Assembly: GCA_013239625.1 (NCBI GenBank)
Contig: MU053487.1
Coordinates: 1,135,058-1,199,057 of the forward strand
DNA: 64,000 nt
Direction: 5' to 3'
From: Lama guanicoe
Taxonomy: Eukaryota
In this document: one piece after another, positions 12,570 to 26,170 of the stretch
Layout: each line of letters begins with the position of its first letter
Position numbering within the stretch: position 1 is the stretch's first letter
Notes under the pieces: model-generated
The model's database searches: none
Told to the model about the DNA's origin: nothing
The model's input: only the letters and a program-made list of their open reading frames with translations
Position numbers and translations under genes: made by a program

Positions 12570-12910
12570 CTGAACTGATCTCCTAATTAGCTTATTGACT
12601 GAATGTATTTCAGTTCTTCTTTCTCTGTCATTTGACATTTTATGAAGGACTCCTTCTTTTTTAGAACATTCTCTTGTCTTGCATATCTGACATTGAGCAT
12701 TTTTTAGAATTCTGTTTGATCACCTCTGTATACTCATCCTTGAAATATCTGGGACTTTATAGGATCCTGTCAGGCCCCTTCTCTCTCAACACTTTCTAAG
12801 GGACATCTCATTAGATTCCTTGGTGTCAAGGATCACCTATATATTGGTAGTTTCAAAATTCATATCTTTGCCCAAGCATGCTCTGGTGGTCTCCTTACCC
12901 ATGTATTCTG
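12570..12910 (+). mobile_element. L2 ORF2-derived fragment
   Basis: CTCTGTCATTTGACA...AGGATCCTGTCAGGCCCCTTCTCTCTC...ATCACCTATATATTGGTAGTTTCAAAATTCATATCT resembles the L2 RT region (decayed YADD area). Confidence 0.6.
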
Positions 12911-13217
12911 AAACTTCTCAAGTCATTGGTAATGACTGCTGCGTCTGCTACAGGATCTGGGGCAGTCTTTCCTGACAACCAAACTTTTAAAATGTAATTA
13001 GATTAACTTTTCTTATCACTTTCTATGTAAATTATTTGCAGTAATTTACACTGAAATATTAAAGAGGAGGAAGGTGTTTTGTTCTAAGCTATGAAATTCA
13101 ACCAGAGGGTATTTTCTATTGGATGGCTGGCTTACAAAAATCATCCCAAAATGGTTCAAACACAATGTTGCTCTGTAGGTCAAAAACAGACTTTGAAAAG
13201 AGTGATTTTTTTCTTAC

Positions 13218-13240
13218 CTTTTCAAAAATCTTCTGGTCCA
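13218..13240 (-). other. Candidate 23-nt micro-exon (host gene unidentified)
   Basis: The minus strand reads ...tctctttcactgctttcacttttttttttctag|TGGACCAGAAGATTTTTGAAAAG|gtaaga: long polypyrimidine tract, TAG acceptor and AAG/GTAAGA donor, within apparently repeat-free sequence. Confidence 0.45.
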
Positions 13241-13729
13241 CTAGAAAAAAAAAAGTGAAAGCAGTGAAAGAGATTGGGTCACACCTGCTAAACATGTGTT
13301 AATCCCTTGACTATTTTGACATTCTATCAGATTCTATGAATCAGGTTCAAAACTCCCTTCTGAGAAAGAGAAACGTGATACCATCCAGATTTCCAAACCT
13401 GTGATGTGTTACTGGGTAGAAAAATAATTGAACCCTCTAAAAACGTGTTTCTGATAGTTTTGCATTCACACTAGAAATAACAAGTGTGATAGAACTAAAT
13501 GTAGAGGATTTGATGCTGTTTCAGTTACAGTTACCATCAATAATCCAATTAACATTGTGAACTAGAAAAGCTGCTAATGGTTAAAATTCACGCAGTAAAT
13601 ACCATATTTTCTCACTGAAAATTATACTTGGGAAGATACTTTTATCTTTGTTATCAAATTTTAGTGCAATAAATAAAATCGGTGAATATATGTTGCCATA
13701 CCCTCCATAGTTGGTTGTGGTAAAGTTCC

Positions 13730-14040
13730 ATTCCATTCATTTCATCACATATTGTCTGAACATTTTTTTATGCAGGATGTAAAGTCAGGTTCTAAGTGGG
13801 GGAGGGGTACAGATCTTTTCTGAAGAATTTATTAACTATAGAGAAAGATGAAAACTTATAACTAGTCATGGTTGAGTAAACAACAGGGCACAAGGGAAAT
13901 ACATGGTACTGTGGGCTTCTGAAGAAGTAGACTCTGTTCCTTTGGTTTCAGAGGTCAGGAGAGGCTGTGTGCAGGTGATGGCATTGAGCTAAAACCTGAA
14001 TGACAGAGACTAGGGTGTAAGATACTTAAAGTGAAGGGTA
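13730..14040 (-). mobile_element. L2 3' fragment
   Basis: CATTCATTTCATCACATATTGTCTGAAC...GAGGTCAGGAGAGGC...GGCATTGAGCTAAAACCTGAA, reverse L2. Confidence 0.6.
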
Positions 14041-14699
14041 GAGGGTGGGCAAAACCACCACCTTGCAATCATTTCCTGGCATCTCCTGCTTTGATTACTT
14101 CACTCACCTTGACTGCTTGCAGGGAATCTGAAAACTGAACTTCTTGAAGGAAAGCTCACAAATTAAGACAAAACTAATACCACCCAACTCACAGCATGGC
14201 TGGTAAATGGAAATGAATCAATTCATAGGAAATGTCTAGTGTGTAAATAGACAGGTGTGGCTCAGAAAAGGAAAAGGTTCTTTTCTTCTAAATAATGAGA
14301 ACTATATCTCATCATTTTCAGTTCCCAGGTTTTTAGAATTGCCACAATACATTGTAGGCACTCACTAACACTTGCTGAATGTGTGAAGTAGTATTACTCA
14401 TATACTTGGAATTCTCTTGGACCAATTTGGCATCTTTTATGTCCAACCAGCCGTTTCCAATTCATACTGTCTCCATATTCTACCAATACTTCTTCTACAA
14501 TGCACATTGTATCTAAATTTTCCTTTATCTCCCCACCACCACATTATCCTGGGCCATAGTTGCGTTATATGACAATTGTGGTACATAGTCCCATTGGAAA
14601 CCACCAAGCCCCTATCTTCTCCCTTTCTTTCTTACTCTGTATCCTGCACATCTGCTGGGAAAATCCTCTTCAGAAATTTCTCTGCATCTCACTCTAGGT

Positions 14700-14831
14700 C
14701 AGTGGTTCTCAAAATGTCAAGCATCAACACCACCTGGGAACTTGTTAAAAAATACAAATACTGAGTCAGAAACTCTGGGAGGTCAGGCTCTTCAGGTTAT
14801 TCTGATACATAGTAAAACTTGAGAACCATTG
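14700..14831. mobile_element. MER5A-like hAT-Charlie MITE within an L2 fragment
   Basis: TIRs CAGTGGTTCTCAA ... TTGAGAACCATTG; internal CACCTGGGAACTTGTTA and ACTGAGTCAGAAACTCTGGG. Confidence 0.85.
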
Positions 14832-16099
14832 ATTTGCATCTTGTTACCTTATTCTAGGTCCCATCATGACTTTCTCTGCTTATTGACTTATACCTTAATA
14901 TCAGAGTCTCTACTGAAGGGGCCTGTCCAATGTATTTCAACCTTACTTCATTCTGTTCTATTATCATCGTATAGAATGTCCACACACACTCCTGTTTCAG
15001 AGAAGATAATGGTAATCAGTTTACAGTACTTTTATGAGGCACTTCTAGGTTCGATGCAGAGAGGGCATTTGGAGAAAAATGGTAAAAGATGAGGCCATTA
15101 AGGCATTCAAAGTCCATATCAGGAAGAATATCATAAACCATGCTAATGGGCTTAAATTTTATCATAAAAACCATGGGAACCATTGAAGAGTTTTAAGCAG
15201 GAAAATAATCATGAGTAGATAGAAATTTTTGAAAGAGCATCTTAGCTGTTATGTGAACCATTAAGCAGGAGGATAGAGGGACACAAACTTAAATGGAATA
15301 TCCTTGAAAGAGCTCCTCTGAAGAATCTGATGACAAGTCACCATGATATTTCAACTGCTATCAATGTCCAGGCAGCAGCCTAGATGTTGAGTTGCAAAGA
15401 TAGATAAAGCATGATACATGCTCCTGAATTGCTCACAGGCTTCTTGGCAAATCAGCCATGTAAGCCAATCATTACAACGCAGGAGGAGAGTTGTGTTGAT
15501 AGGGGCCCAGGAGGGAAGGTATCAGCAAACCACAGTGGAGCTTTTTGGAGGAGATTGATTACATTTTACAGTGGAAGTTAATTTTCTTAACTTTTAAGGT
15601 GTGCTGAGTTGTAATAAGACTCTGAACAATTTTTATGTCAATTATAATGGCATAAATGCCGTGTTGACCTTTCTGATATTCTACAGTGTTAGGATGTTCA
15701 TGCATCTCCTTTCGTGAGAAGGGCTTAAGTTAGGATAGACATTGCATTTGTGTGTCCCTCTTGCGTTCCCACATGGTACGGGATACGCAGCAGGAATTAA
15801 ACTGCATATTGAGTGTGAATGAAGTAGCACATGAATGGCAAACTTGCCTTCTGACTTCTAAATGCCTCATGCTGTCTTTTAATAAATACAGATCAAAATG
15901 GGTTTTCACAAGCAGCTTTGTCCTCAAGGTGCTCAAGTTGGAGAGCGTGGTTAGTGGTTCCCATGCAGCATTTAATGGACCATAACTCCAAAGCAGGAGC
16001 TATTAGCCTAGGCAGGATGTGGGGTTAATTTTTGTTTGTAAAGAATTGAGGGCTCTAAAGTTAGGGTATTACTGTTCTACGGCGCATAGTACATGCCTG

Positions 16100-16562
16100 A
16101 AGTTTTCCTAACCTATGTTCCTCGTAGACATATAGCTTAATATAGGGGCTCCTGGGTAGATGATTTAGTCTGTAAAGTGATAATAGAACAAGAATAAGCA
16201 ACTGGGAGTGTGGAACAGCTAGTTCAGGGGTAAGTTCTCAGGTTGGAAACTCCATGATCTTCTGAGGAACCATAAAGACTAGACCTCCAAATTTTCCACA
16301 TCAAGCGGCATGAGAGGAGAGCATGGGTCCACTAACCCCTACGCCCTACTGGTTAAGAGATTCCCTCAGGCCCTCTGGGCTGTGCATACCGGCGGGCCTG
16401 GAAGGTCCTGAAATGGGCCTCGTGACTGTATGTCAGGAGGAAAGTCAGAGATATGTGTAGATCTGAGGCTATCACTGTACACTGAGTAATGTGAGTTATT
16501 ACAGCACTAGAGTGAATATAAGAAAGAAGGATGTAAGGTAGGGAAAGAGACGTCTTATACAG
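16100..16562 (-). mobile_element. ERVL solo LTR, LTR33-like (decayed)
   Basis: TCTTCTGAGGAACC...CCCTACTGGTTAAGAGATTCCC...GGAAAGTCAGAGATATG resembles the reverse LTR33 family. Confidence 0.45.
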
Positions 16563-16994
16563 TGCATCACATGGTGTTTCATTTGACTTTTAAACAAAAC
16601 CACTCCTCTGTTTTATACTGCTGCCCTGGAGGTTTTCTTCTATTTTATCCCATCATATTTCTCTCACTTCCTCTGTCTTCCTCTCTCTTGTCTCATTTTT
16701 ATGTTTTTTTTTCCTTCTAAACAGAATCATTATATATCATATAAAATATTGTTTAGAATATTCATCCCATGGCATTTAAAAAATTGGTATACACTGAATT
16801 TGTCTTCAGAATATTTAGTTGTATGGAGGTATCAACTTTTCACATCATTTTCCTGGGAGTGAAATAATTACATTTGTGTTTTTTTTTATATGTAGTACAA
16901 CATTTCTCACTGACTTTTACTCTTCCTAACCATGTGGGAGTCTGCCTGTTTCCTCACAATCTTGGCAACACATGAAAAAAAATTATTTTTCAAC

Positions 16995-17496
16995 ATAATA
17001 GGTTTGTCAGTGACAACAGATTCAGTGGCAGAACCAAGTAATGTTGGTTAAAACTGATTTTATTTATCTCTCAAGTATAAGAAATTGGAGACAGTCTACA
17101 TGTTAAGGGTTCCCAGCTCCTAATGGTCCGCTTCATAATTCTAACACGTGGTTTTTCTGCTTGAAGGGAAATTGTGGCACAAAAAAGTCTGCTAGAGTGC
17201 TCCAGCCATCATCTTGGCATTGCAGATTGGAAGAAGGAGGAAAAACAGGATTCAGTAAAGAACCTTTTCTTGACTTGACTATTTTAGAAACAATCCCAGA
17301 AATTCCATATTAAACTTCCAGTTACATCTCATTGGCCAGCACACCAAATGAGTATACTCGGTTGCAAGTGAGATTAGCGACTGCAGATATTTCTCTTTTC
17401 TCAATGGCAATGTGCTCAACTGAAAAGCAGAATCTTATTGGTAGATGGGAAGAGGAGAATAGATTTTGGGGTAGGCAACTAGCAGACCCTGTCACA
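16995..17496 (-). mobile_element. MaLR solo LTR, MLT1J/K-like
   Basis: GCTCCAGCCATCATC...TTACATCTCATTGGCCAG...GGAAGAGGAGAATAGATTTTGGGGTAGGCAACTAGCAGACCCTGTCACA. Confidence 0.8.
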
Positions 17497-17749
17497 ATAG
17501 CAAACAAAGAAACAAGCAAAAAAATTATTACAGTGTGTTACTTGATAGTTTTTTTTTATTATTATTAGTGATGGGAAGCATTTTTTTCATGTTTGGTGGA
17601 CATTTGATGCTCTTTTGTGTATTTCTCAGGCATGTCTTTTGGCCATTTATTTTACTGGAGAGGAATATGCCATATTCTTGTGAAAAGAACCGGACAACAA
17701 AAGCAGATTTGAAAGGCAAAAGACTGATGGTGAGCATTTAATTCATTTA

Positions 17750-20560
17750 AATACAGAGCAAAGACTAAATGTCCTTTGGGAATATGGTAACTGAGAGAAA
17801 ATATTAGGAACTCTGATAACATAAAAGTAAGTATGCCAAAAACAAAACCTGGAGGTGGATAATACAGGAAGTTGCAAGAAAGGATGTGCAAATTTCCTTA
17901 TATATTTTTTAAGTAGTCAGCTAATATCATTTGCCTAATTTAGATACACTTAGCAAGGGTAAAACAAAGTTACAGAGTACATCAGTAGAAGAAATAATAT
18001 GAAGAATATGTTAACAATAACAGAAATAATAAATACAAAAGGCTAGAAGGAATACAGGAGGTGATAAGAGATGTCAAGTTCTTATTTTTTCACTTACCAC
18101 AAAAGACACTCCATATATGTGTACAAAGATGACTTAGAGAGTTTAATTTACAATAAAAATAAATTTAACCACTTGAGAAATTATAAGGAAACTATAGATC
18201 TTCTAAATTATAAGAAGGAAATCACACATAAATACAATACCCCATGTATCCTAAAACATATATATCCACATAGCAAAAAGACAGAAAACATTAAAAAAAG
18301 TCAAACACTGTAGAGACCAATTCTTTTAGCTCAATAGAAAAATGACACACATTTTAATCTACTAAAAGCATTAAAGGCTCAAATTGCATTAAAAAGTAAT
18401 GTCCAATATGTATCACATGCAAGAATCATTAATAAAACAATGTGACTCAAAAAGGTTACATATAAAAAGATGGACAGGTGCCTACAATAACATAGCAGCA
18501 AAGATAAGTGAAGGAGGAAGAGAAACTGACATCAGCCTAAGAGTAAAGGAAGTCTTTAAAGCATTTCTTTTAGGTGATACTTCCACATTTTAACTATGGT
18601 ATTCTAAACTTTTAAAAAGAGAACAACAATAATGGAAAAGTATAGACAAACTTTACTTAGGCATATTAAGGTAAGACTGTAAAGATTACATATAAATATA
18701 TAGTCCAGTGTATTTTAAAACTAAAATACACCATGCTCCAGAGGGTGAGTGTGCAAGTGTGATTCATTGTTGTGGTAACACAGAAAGGATGTGGTAGATT
18801 GTTTCATCAGGATGCTGGTTTCCTTAGTATGAGCATGTCTATATTGACAGAGGATGAACAGCTAAACTTCTACATATGACACATTCCCTTCAGGAGAGAG
18901 ACAAACATGACTAACAGTTCTGACATTAGCTAACAAGACCCACGGTTATGAAGACAGCAGTCTTTTACCCAGATCTCAGCCTAAATGGTGATTTTCTTAT
19001 GTCATCAGATGTGGAAGCAGCTCTCTGATGCCATGATCCCTGGCAAGGAGGTGCGATACTAGAGCCAGGGGCAGGTCCAGAGGCTTCCTGATTCTCCTGC
19101 TTCCTCATGTGCTAAGGCAGCAGCTGCTTTGGACGGTCGGCTCTGTGCCACTCTTCTGGGAAGATCTGGAGGGCCAACCCAAACCTAGACTCCTGGTTTT
19201 GAATAGCTTCTGCTTAAAATCATGATGTTGGTTTCTATTATCTACAGCTGTACTCTGATTAGTGAAGACAGTAATAAATATAATTCACCATATTAATGTG
19301 CCATGAAAGAAAAGAACATAGTATTGTCTACATTAATGCTATAAAAGCATTTTCTTAAAAATGTCATTGTGTGAGCAATAATCAGGTAGAGAAAATAAAA
19401 ATACAAATTATGCACTTAGCAGTCAAGTATATAAATAATGCTTTTGTATACACTTAACAAAAATGATTTGTATGAAGAAAATTTTAAAATTCTTCTGAAG
19501 TAAACACATACACTTATACACATACACATTTATACCCACAAGAATTAATTAAAATTGTACTTGCAGAAGACATCATTATTTATTAATTTTATTACTTAAA
19601 AATTCTCCTGAACTTTCTAATTGTCTGTAGTAGTATATTTTAAAGTTGAATTTCTACCATGCTTCTTATACAAAATAACTTCTGGTTTAACATATTTTAA
19701 CCTAAAAAATAAACCACAAAAAGGCTAAAATTAAGCATGACTTAATCAACATATTATCTTTAAGTAGACAAAGTATTCTATGTGGGATTCAGAATACATA
19801 AGGTGTACATTAAAATAAGAGTAAAAGTAACCATAAAATCTTCTAACTTTGTATGTTAAAAAATTACAAAAAATCAAAACATAAATCAGAATCTGGGGAA
19901 TAAATATTTGCAACATTTATTTTACTAAGACTCTATAAAAATACTACAGAAGTCTACCACAATTAATAAATGAGAAAGTATCTTAAATGCTTTTCAACTA
20001 AATAAATTTAAAAACAATAAACTATGCTAAAACAGACTCCTGATTAAAGACACTTAAATGAAAGTAAAAATGAGATAAACTTTTTCATCTGTTCAACTGT
20101 CAAGATTTTTGACTTTGATAATATTGATACTGGAAAGATGTGGAATTATTACTTCTCCAGAGGAAATTAAAAAGCTTAGTGCTTGGATTCAGCAATTCCA
20201 ATTTCTCGATTTGTACCTGGAAAAATTGTCCAAGTTACTGGAACTAGAATGTTTACCTCATCTTTGTTTATGGTATTGCTACAAAACAAAAGAAAAAAAG
20301 GACTGGTCAGGTAAAATATATTTTAAAATCTAAATAAATATTACAATAGACTATTCTACAATCATTAAAATACATGAAGAGGATATATAAATATATGCTG
20401 TATGGAAAGAACTCTAGCTTATTTTACTAAGTGCAATAAGCAAAGATGTACTTTATTATCTGTTGCATAAATATAAACAAGTATACATAGGTACATCAGA
20501 AAAATTAGTCTGGAAGGAATTACATAGGCCTGTTACCTTGGTGACTTTGGACCAGGGGTC
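17750..20560 (+). mobile_element. Highly decayed L1ME-like LINE, interrupted by an LTR at 18771-19269
   Basis: Strongly A-rich; scattered L1 motifs such as TTCAGCAATTCCAATTTCT and ACAATAGACTATTCTACAATCATTAAAA. Confidence 0.55.
18771..19269 (+). mobile_element. ERVL solo LTR, LTR41/LTR52-like
   Basis: Begins TGTGG; GGCTTCCTGATTC...GGCAGCAGCT...TTCTGCTTAAAAT...TTTCT...CTCTGA resembles the 3' half of this LTR group. Confidence 0.55.
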
Positions 20561-22005
20561 TTGGAATGGGGAGAATGGCACTTAGCTTCAATACTTTTAT
20601 TTTTCTATATTTATTTTCCAAACATGAGCATGACATGTTTTCAGTAGAAAATGTATTATTTTAAATATGAGATGATAGGCATTTTTGCCTTTTAAACACT
20701 TTATACATAGTTTCAAGTGTCTAATTAGTGGGTACAGAGAGTCAGAAGTATCTAACCTTTCTTGAGAATTTACTACTATGAAACAGTTTTCCATGAATTC
20801 TCTCCTTAACCTCCACCAGTGTTATGAATCATGTGAGACTGATGCTGCCACCCCATGTGTGAAGCTTCAGAGACTCAGGAATGTCAACAGGACTTGGCTG
20901 ATGTCACACACAAGGTAGGAAATGGATTTCAACACACAGATTCTCTTGCCATGTTGTGCATCATCCACATGTTTCACTTCCTATTAACCATAATGAAAGT
21001 ATGTTTCCTTCAAACAATGTGTTTCTAATGTTAAAAGGTATTTTAATTTCAAGTATGAATTAATGTTTAATTTTTGCCTGTGAATAGAAATGGAAGATAA
21101 TATGCCAAGGTGACACTGCCTCAGTGAAAAATGACAATCTATTATTATAGCATGTGTAGGTGTGATACCTTCTCGTTAACAACTGGCTATGCATAAGTAC
21201 CAGATGAACTTGACATCTGATACTGATACGACTGGAGAGAAAAGACCTTGTATTGGTCTTAAAGAACACTATTATAGCTTCCTTAAAGTTTGAAGAGCCT
21301 TAATTTCCAAAAATGGGAATACAAACTTGGTCCCAGTCAGAATGCAACAGTCAACAGCCCTCTGATTTTATATTCTGTTCCTCTTCCCTCTGCAAGACCC
21401 TTCCCTACCTCTTTATTTGTTACACTGTGTCTCTTTTTCCATCGATGCTTTCCACTTGTACAGCCTCGGAGTCTTTCCAAGGGGCAGTGGCCCAACACAG
21501 GGTGATTTGCAACTCCTGTCTGTGGGATTAAAGTCATGCTTTAATTTGAACATGTATCTGAATTCTGTCATAGGGATCATTTGTATTTTGAAACATTCAT
21601 TCATCCCTATCAGAAGAACTTCAGGGAAAGGGTGATGGGCTCTTACTGGGAACTGGAGCAAAGACATCTGAGGGGACTGAGCGCTTGAGACTCTAAATGC
21701 TGCCTTTGTCTCATGAGCAAGTGTTTCCGTTTCAGTCATCTTGTAGCCCCAGCACGATGCTGGAGGATTCAGCTGGGCTTGATTGAAAGACTATGAAGGG
21801 GGTGGGGACTGAAAATTTCTTGCCTTTCCTGTCTCAGTTCTCCTTAGTCCCATGCTTATCTTCTCATTACCACAGTGTCACCTCAAATACCACCTTTTCC
21901 AAGAGACTCTTGCCTCACTTGGCAAAAGCACAAAGAGGAACAAGGAACCAGTCTCCCTAAATGCCATTTCAGTGACCTTTCTAACACAAAGCTACTCCTA
22001 TACTG

Positions 22006-22858
22006 TTTTTCAAATTGAAGTATAGTTGATTTATAATGGTGTGTTAATATCTGGTATACAGCATAGTGATTCAGTTATACATATATATAATTTATATTTA
22101 TATACCTTTTCACATTCTTTTTCATTATATGCTATTACCAGGCATTGAATATAGTTCCCTGTTGGGAACTTATTGTTTATATATAGTAGTTAGTATCTGC
22201 AAATCCCGATTTATCCCTCCACCCCACTGCCTTTTCCTCCTAGTAACTATAAATTTGTATTCTATATCTGGGAGTCTGTTTCTGTTTTGTGAAGTTCATT
22301 TGTGTCATTTTTAAGGATTGCATATATAAGTGGTATCATATGGTATTTTTCTTTCTGGCTTACTTCACTGAGATTCCCATCAGTTTCTCCCTTTATGGTT
22401 GTTAGTATTTGTTTTATGTATTTAGGTGCTCCTATGTTGGGTGCGTATATGTTAACAAGGGTAATATCCTCTTCTTATATTGATATATATATATAATGTA
22501 GTGTCCTTCTTTATGGCCTTTGTTTTAAAGTCTATTTTGTCTGATACGAGTATTGCTACTCTCACTTTCTTGTCATTTCCATTTGCATGAAGTATCTTTT
22601 TCCGTCCTCTCATTTTTAATCTATGTGTATCCTTTCACCCACCCTAAAGTAGGTCCCTTGTAGGTGGCATATTATAGGCTCTTGTTTTATTATCTAATCT
22701 GCCGCTCTAGGTCTTTTGATTGGAGTGTTTAGTCCACTGACATTTATGGTAATTATTGATAAATGTGTGTTTATTGCGTTATTTTAAACCTTGTTTTCCA
22801 GTTGATTTTGTATTTCTTCTTTGCTCCTTTCTTCTTTTTATTTTTCCTTTTGTGGTTT
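22006..22858 (-). mobile_element. Lineage L1: ORF2 endonuclease start fused directly to the 3' UTR, inserted in an L2
   Basis: From 22780 the minus strand translates AINTHLSIITINVSGLNTPIKRPRAAD*IIKQEPIICHLQ and, after a frameshift, RLKMRGRKKILHANGNDKKVRVAILVSDKIDFK (L1 APE endonuclease). 22006-22370 is the L1 3' UTR and tail. Confidence 0.9.
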
Positions 22859-24559
22859 ACTCTCTTGCTCAAAAGTCCCCAATGCCTCCTGCAGCACCTC
22901 GTGTATCTGGGCTTGAATCCTCAACGTGACAGTCAAAATGCTCTCAAGTTGGGCACCTTTCTGTCCTTTCAGTGCCCTGTCCCTCTGTATCCTGCCCCCA
23001 CCCTCAGCCCTCAGACACGGTGCTGGAGCCCCTAACACCTAAGTGCATGAAAATGCCTGCTCCACTCATACCTCACACATCCCTTAGAGCACCTTCCTTT
23101 TTCAGTCCTTAAATTAATTACATTAAAGTGATTTTTAAAATTTATATTATGAGTCATCAGCCACCACTTAATGGTGATACATAATCTCTCCCCCTGGGAT
23201 GCTCTGGTCCAATTTCCCTGTGGTGGCTCACAACACAGGTATCACTAGACCGTGTCCTGTGGTAACCTGCATAAACATCCTTTCTTCTCTAATATACTGC
23301 AAGTTCCTACTTAATTTATGTTCGAATCCCCCTTGCTGAGGGCCTTGCATATGGCTAAAGAAAATATTTGTTCACCTGAAGTGACTGAAGAAATATTGGA
23401 GCTCCTTATGTGTACTGAGGACTTCTGCATACAGAAGGCATTCATGTAGGACCCAGACTTACTGAGATTTTTCTTAGTTTCAAAAATTATGTCTCATTGG
23501 CATATCACATATCTTGACTTCTGAATTAAAAATATAGTGACTTCAATATTTTACATTTCTCATCATGTAAAACATAATGCTCAATGTGAGAATATCATTT
23601 CTCCCCTGAATACGTTACAGAATTTTATTGATTTTTTTTCTGAAGTTGTTCTTGATATGTAGTTGCTCCAACTCACATGAATGTCAACACACAAAGGCAT
23701 AAAAACAGAATTTTGATGTCAGCGCTGTAGATCTGTGGCAAAGGCTGAAATCAATCTGACCTCTCCCTTGACTCTCTCATAGCTCCTTTGCTGCCATCAC
23801 TTCTCCACAGCAGAGCTGTAGTCCTCTCTCTAACGCCTGCCTCCTGTGCCTGGGGACCCACCTTTCCAGCCCCTGGCATAGCATCCTCAGAACCAGGAAG
23901 AGGAAGAAAGTCACGATGACTAGGGTTAATAATAATGGCTTCACTTAAAGGTTTTCCATTCAAACATCTGAGCATCCCACAGAACCCAAGATATGGTGGA
24001 GAGAATCTTTCTTCTCACAGATGTCAAAACTATGAACTTAATGAGGTTGAACACTTCCCATAAACCCATTCCTTAGCACCAGCTATCTTCTGCTAAATAG
24101 GGAAGGAGGTGTGTTTTAGTGTCCATCTTCTCCTCTCCCACATCTCCTTCCCTCCGTCCTCCCTGTCAGCGTTCCTGCTGTTCCTCTGATCCCCATCAGC
24201 AAGCTCTTTACTTACAGGACTGCAGCACTGAAGCAGCACGCTTTTTAAACTGGAATCTAGGACTCAATACAGAGGAAGGGATCCAGCTAACTCTGCAGAG
24301 AGAATTTAATTAGGTGGACAGGATTTGAGAAGCTGGGGTTTTTCTAGGCCACCTGGCTCACACTTCTGTATAATGGAAGTTGTCACTGGCCCTTTGCTGG
24401 CAGCTGAGGCACCAGGATGTGGGTGTCACTTCTCATCTGAATTAAATGCTGCCTCCAGCATGACATTTCAGGCAAACAGGAACTGCTGGGGTACTTGGGC
24501 ACCAGGGTCTTCACCGAAGGTCCCTTTCCACTCAGAGGCACTGTAATGTGACAGAGGGA

Positions 24560-24700
24560 GAGAGCTGTCAGCTCAGGATAAGGAAGAACTTCCTAAAACT
24601 CAGAACTAGCTGTTACTAGACAGACTGTTCTGTTGAGTAGTGGGCAAATGGCAAGTAGGTGACACTCCTGGGAAAATTCAGCAGAGAGGTGGCTTGCTGG
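24560..24700 (+). mobile_element. CR1/L3 fragment
   Basis: CAGCTCAGGATAAGGAAGAACTTCCTAAAACTCAGA matches the L3 motif GGCTCAATATAAGGAAGAACTTTCTAAC. Confidence 0.5.
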
Positions 24701-25724
24701 AGAGATGGAAGGAGGGGCTGTTTCAGGGTCATAGGACTTGCTGAGTTACAGCTTTCAGCCTCAGTCTCTCACCCGTAAAATGGTGGCTATTATATTAATT
24801 CATTGACGTATTCAGGAAGTATTTATTGGAAATCCACTGTATGCCAAGCATTTCGCTAGGGATGGGAGCAGAATGATGAACAAAAGAGGCGAAGTCCTTA
24901 TCCTCCTGGAGCTCGCATAGTAATGAGGAAAGGTAGAAAGCAAGCCAAGTAATAAGTGGCTGCCGTGTGGTACTAGTGGTATGAGGATAGAGAATGATAG
25001 TGCAAATGCTGCCAGACCTGCAGAATTAAATACAATTTAGTCATATTAACGAAAATTAAATGAGGTGATAGTGACTAATATTTATTTAAGCATTTCTGGG
25101 TTCCTGGCACTATGCAAAGCACTGTGCCTTCTGTAAACCACCTATTAATAAGCACCAGTATTGTCACTTTATAGACACTGCAGCTGAGACTTTGGGTAGC
25201 TGTGTTAATTGTCAAGTAAATCTGGCTAGTCAGAGGCGAGGCTGGCAATGGAATTCAGGTGTGAGCTTCTGGCTCATAGGAAGTACTCAATCAATTACAT
25301 GGCTGTTGATGACATTTGTTAATATTACTATGCTATTGAGCTGTTATGAAGGTTACGTGAAGTTAAAATTTCGTGTTTACCAAGTACCGCCTGTGGGGCA
25401 AAGCTAGAGGCTGTGACATGTGCAAGGAAGCACAGGACACTGTCTTTGCTTTGTTCTAGCTTCCCGTCTAGTTTATGGGGCTCTGTCTCAGGAAAAAATA
25501 GCTTAAAGCAGCATGTGACTCTGGTATATGATAGTTCTAGGCAGCAGAAGTCATTGTTACTATTGGCAGTAGGGGAGGAAAAGGAGGAAGGTAGCAGTGA
25601 GATTTCTTGCGGTCAAGAAATACATCTGGGTTTAAGTGAGGTCTTGAGAATGATAAATATGCAAAGGGCTGTGGGAATTAGAGAGTAAAACAGATGGGAT
25701 GGCTTGTTGGCAAAAATTAGTGAA

Positions 25725-26170
25725 GCTTTAGCAAAAAACAAAACTGGAAACAACCCAAATGTCCATCAGTAGGACAATGATAAACAAATGATAGCATATT
25801 TGCCCAATAGGATACTATTCAGTGATAAAAAAGGAATGAACACATGCAACAACATTGATGAATCTCAAATGCATTATGATGAATGAAAAAAGCAAGACGC
25901 CAAAGGGTATGTAGTGTATGATTCCATCTACGTGAAATTCAGAATGAGGCAAGCTAATCTACAGGGACAAAAGTCAGAAAAGTGATTCTCTCTTGGGTTG
26001 TGAAGGGGGATTGGTTGGAAATGGGAATTAAGGAACATTTTGAGATAGTGGGAATACTCAACATCTTGAACTGGGTGGGAGTTACTTAGATGTGTGCATG
26101 TATAAAATGTCATTGAGTTTCACATCTCACATCTGTACATTTTACTGTATGTAAATGAAACACTAATAAA
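25725..26170 (+). mobile_element. L1ME-like 3' end
   Basis: AAACTGGAAACAACCCAAATGTCCATCA...GATGAATCTCAAATGCATTATG...TGTATGATTCCAT...CATTTTACTGTATGTAAAT...AATAAA. Confidence 0.85.
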
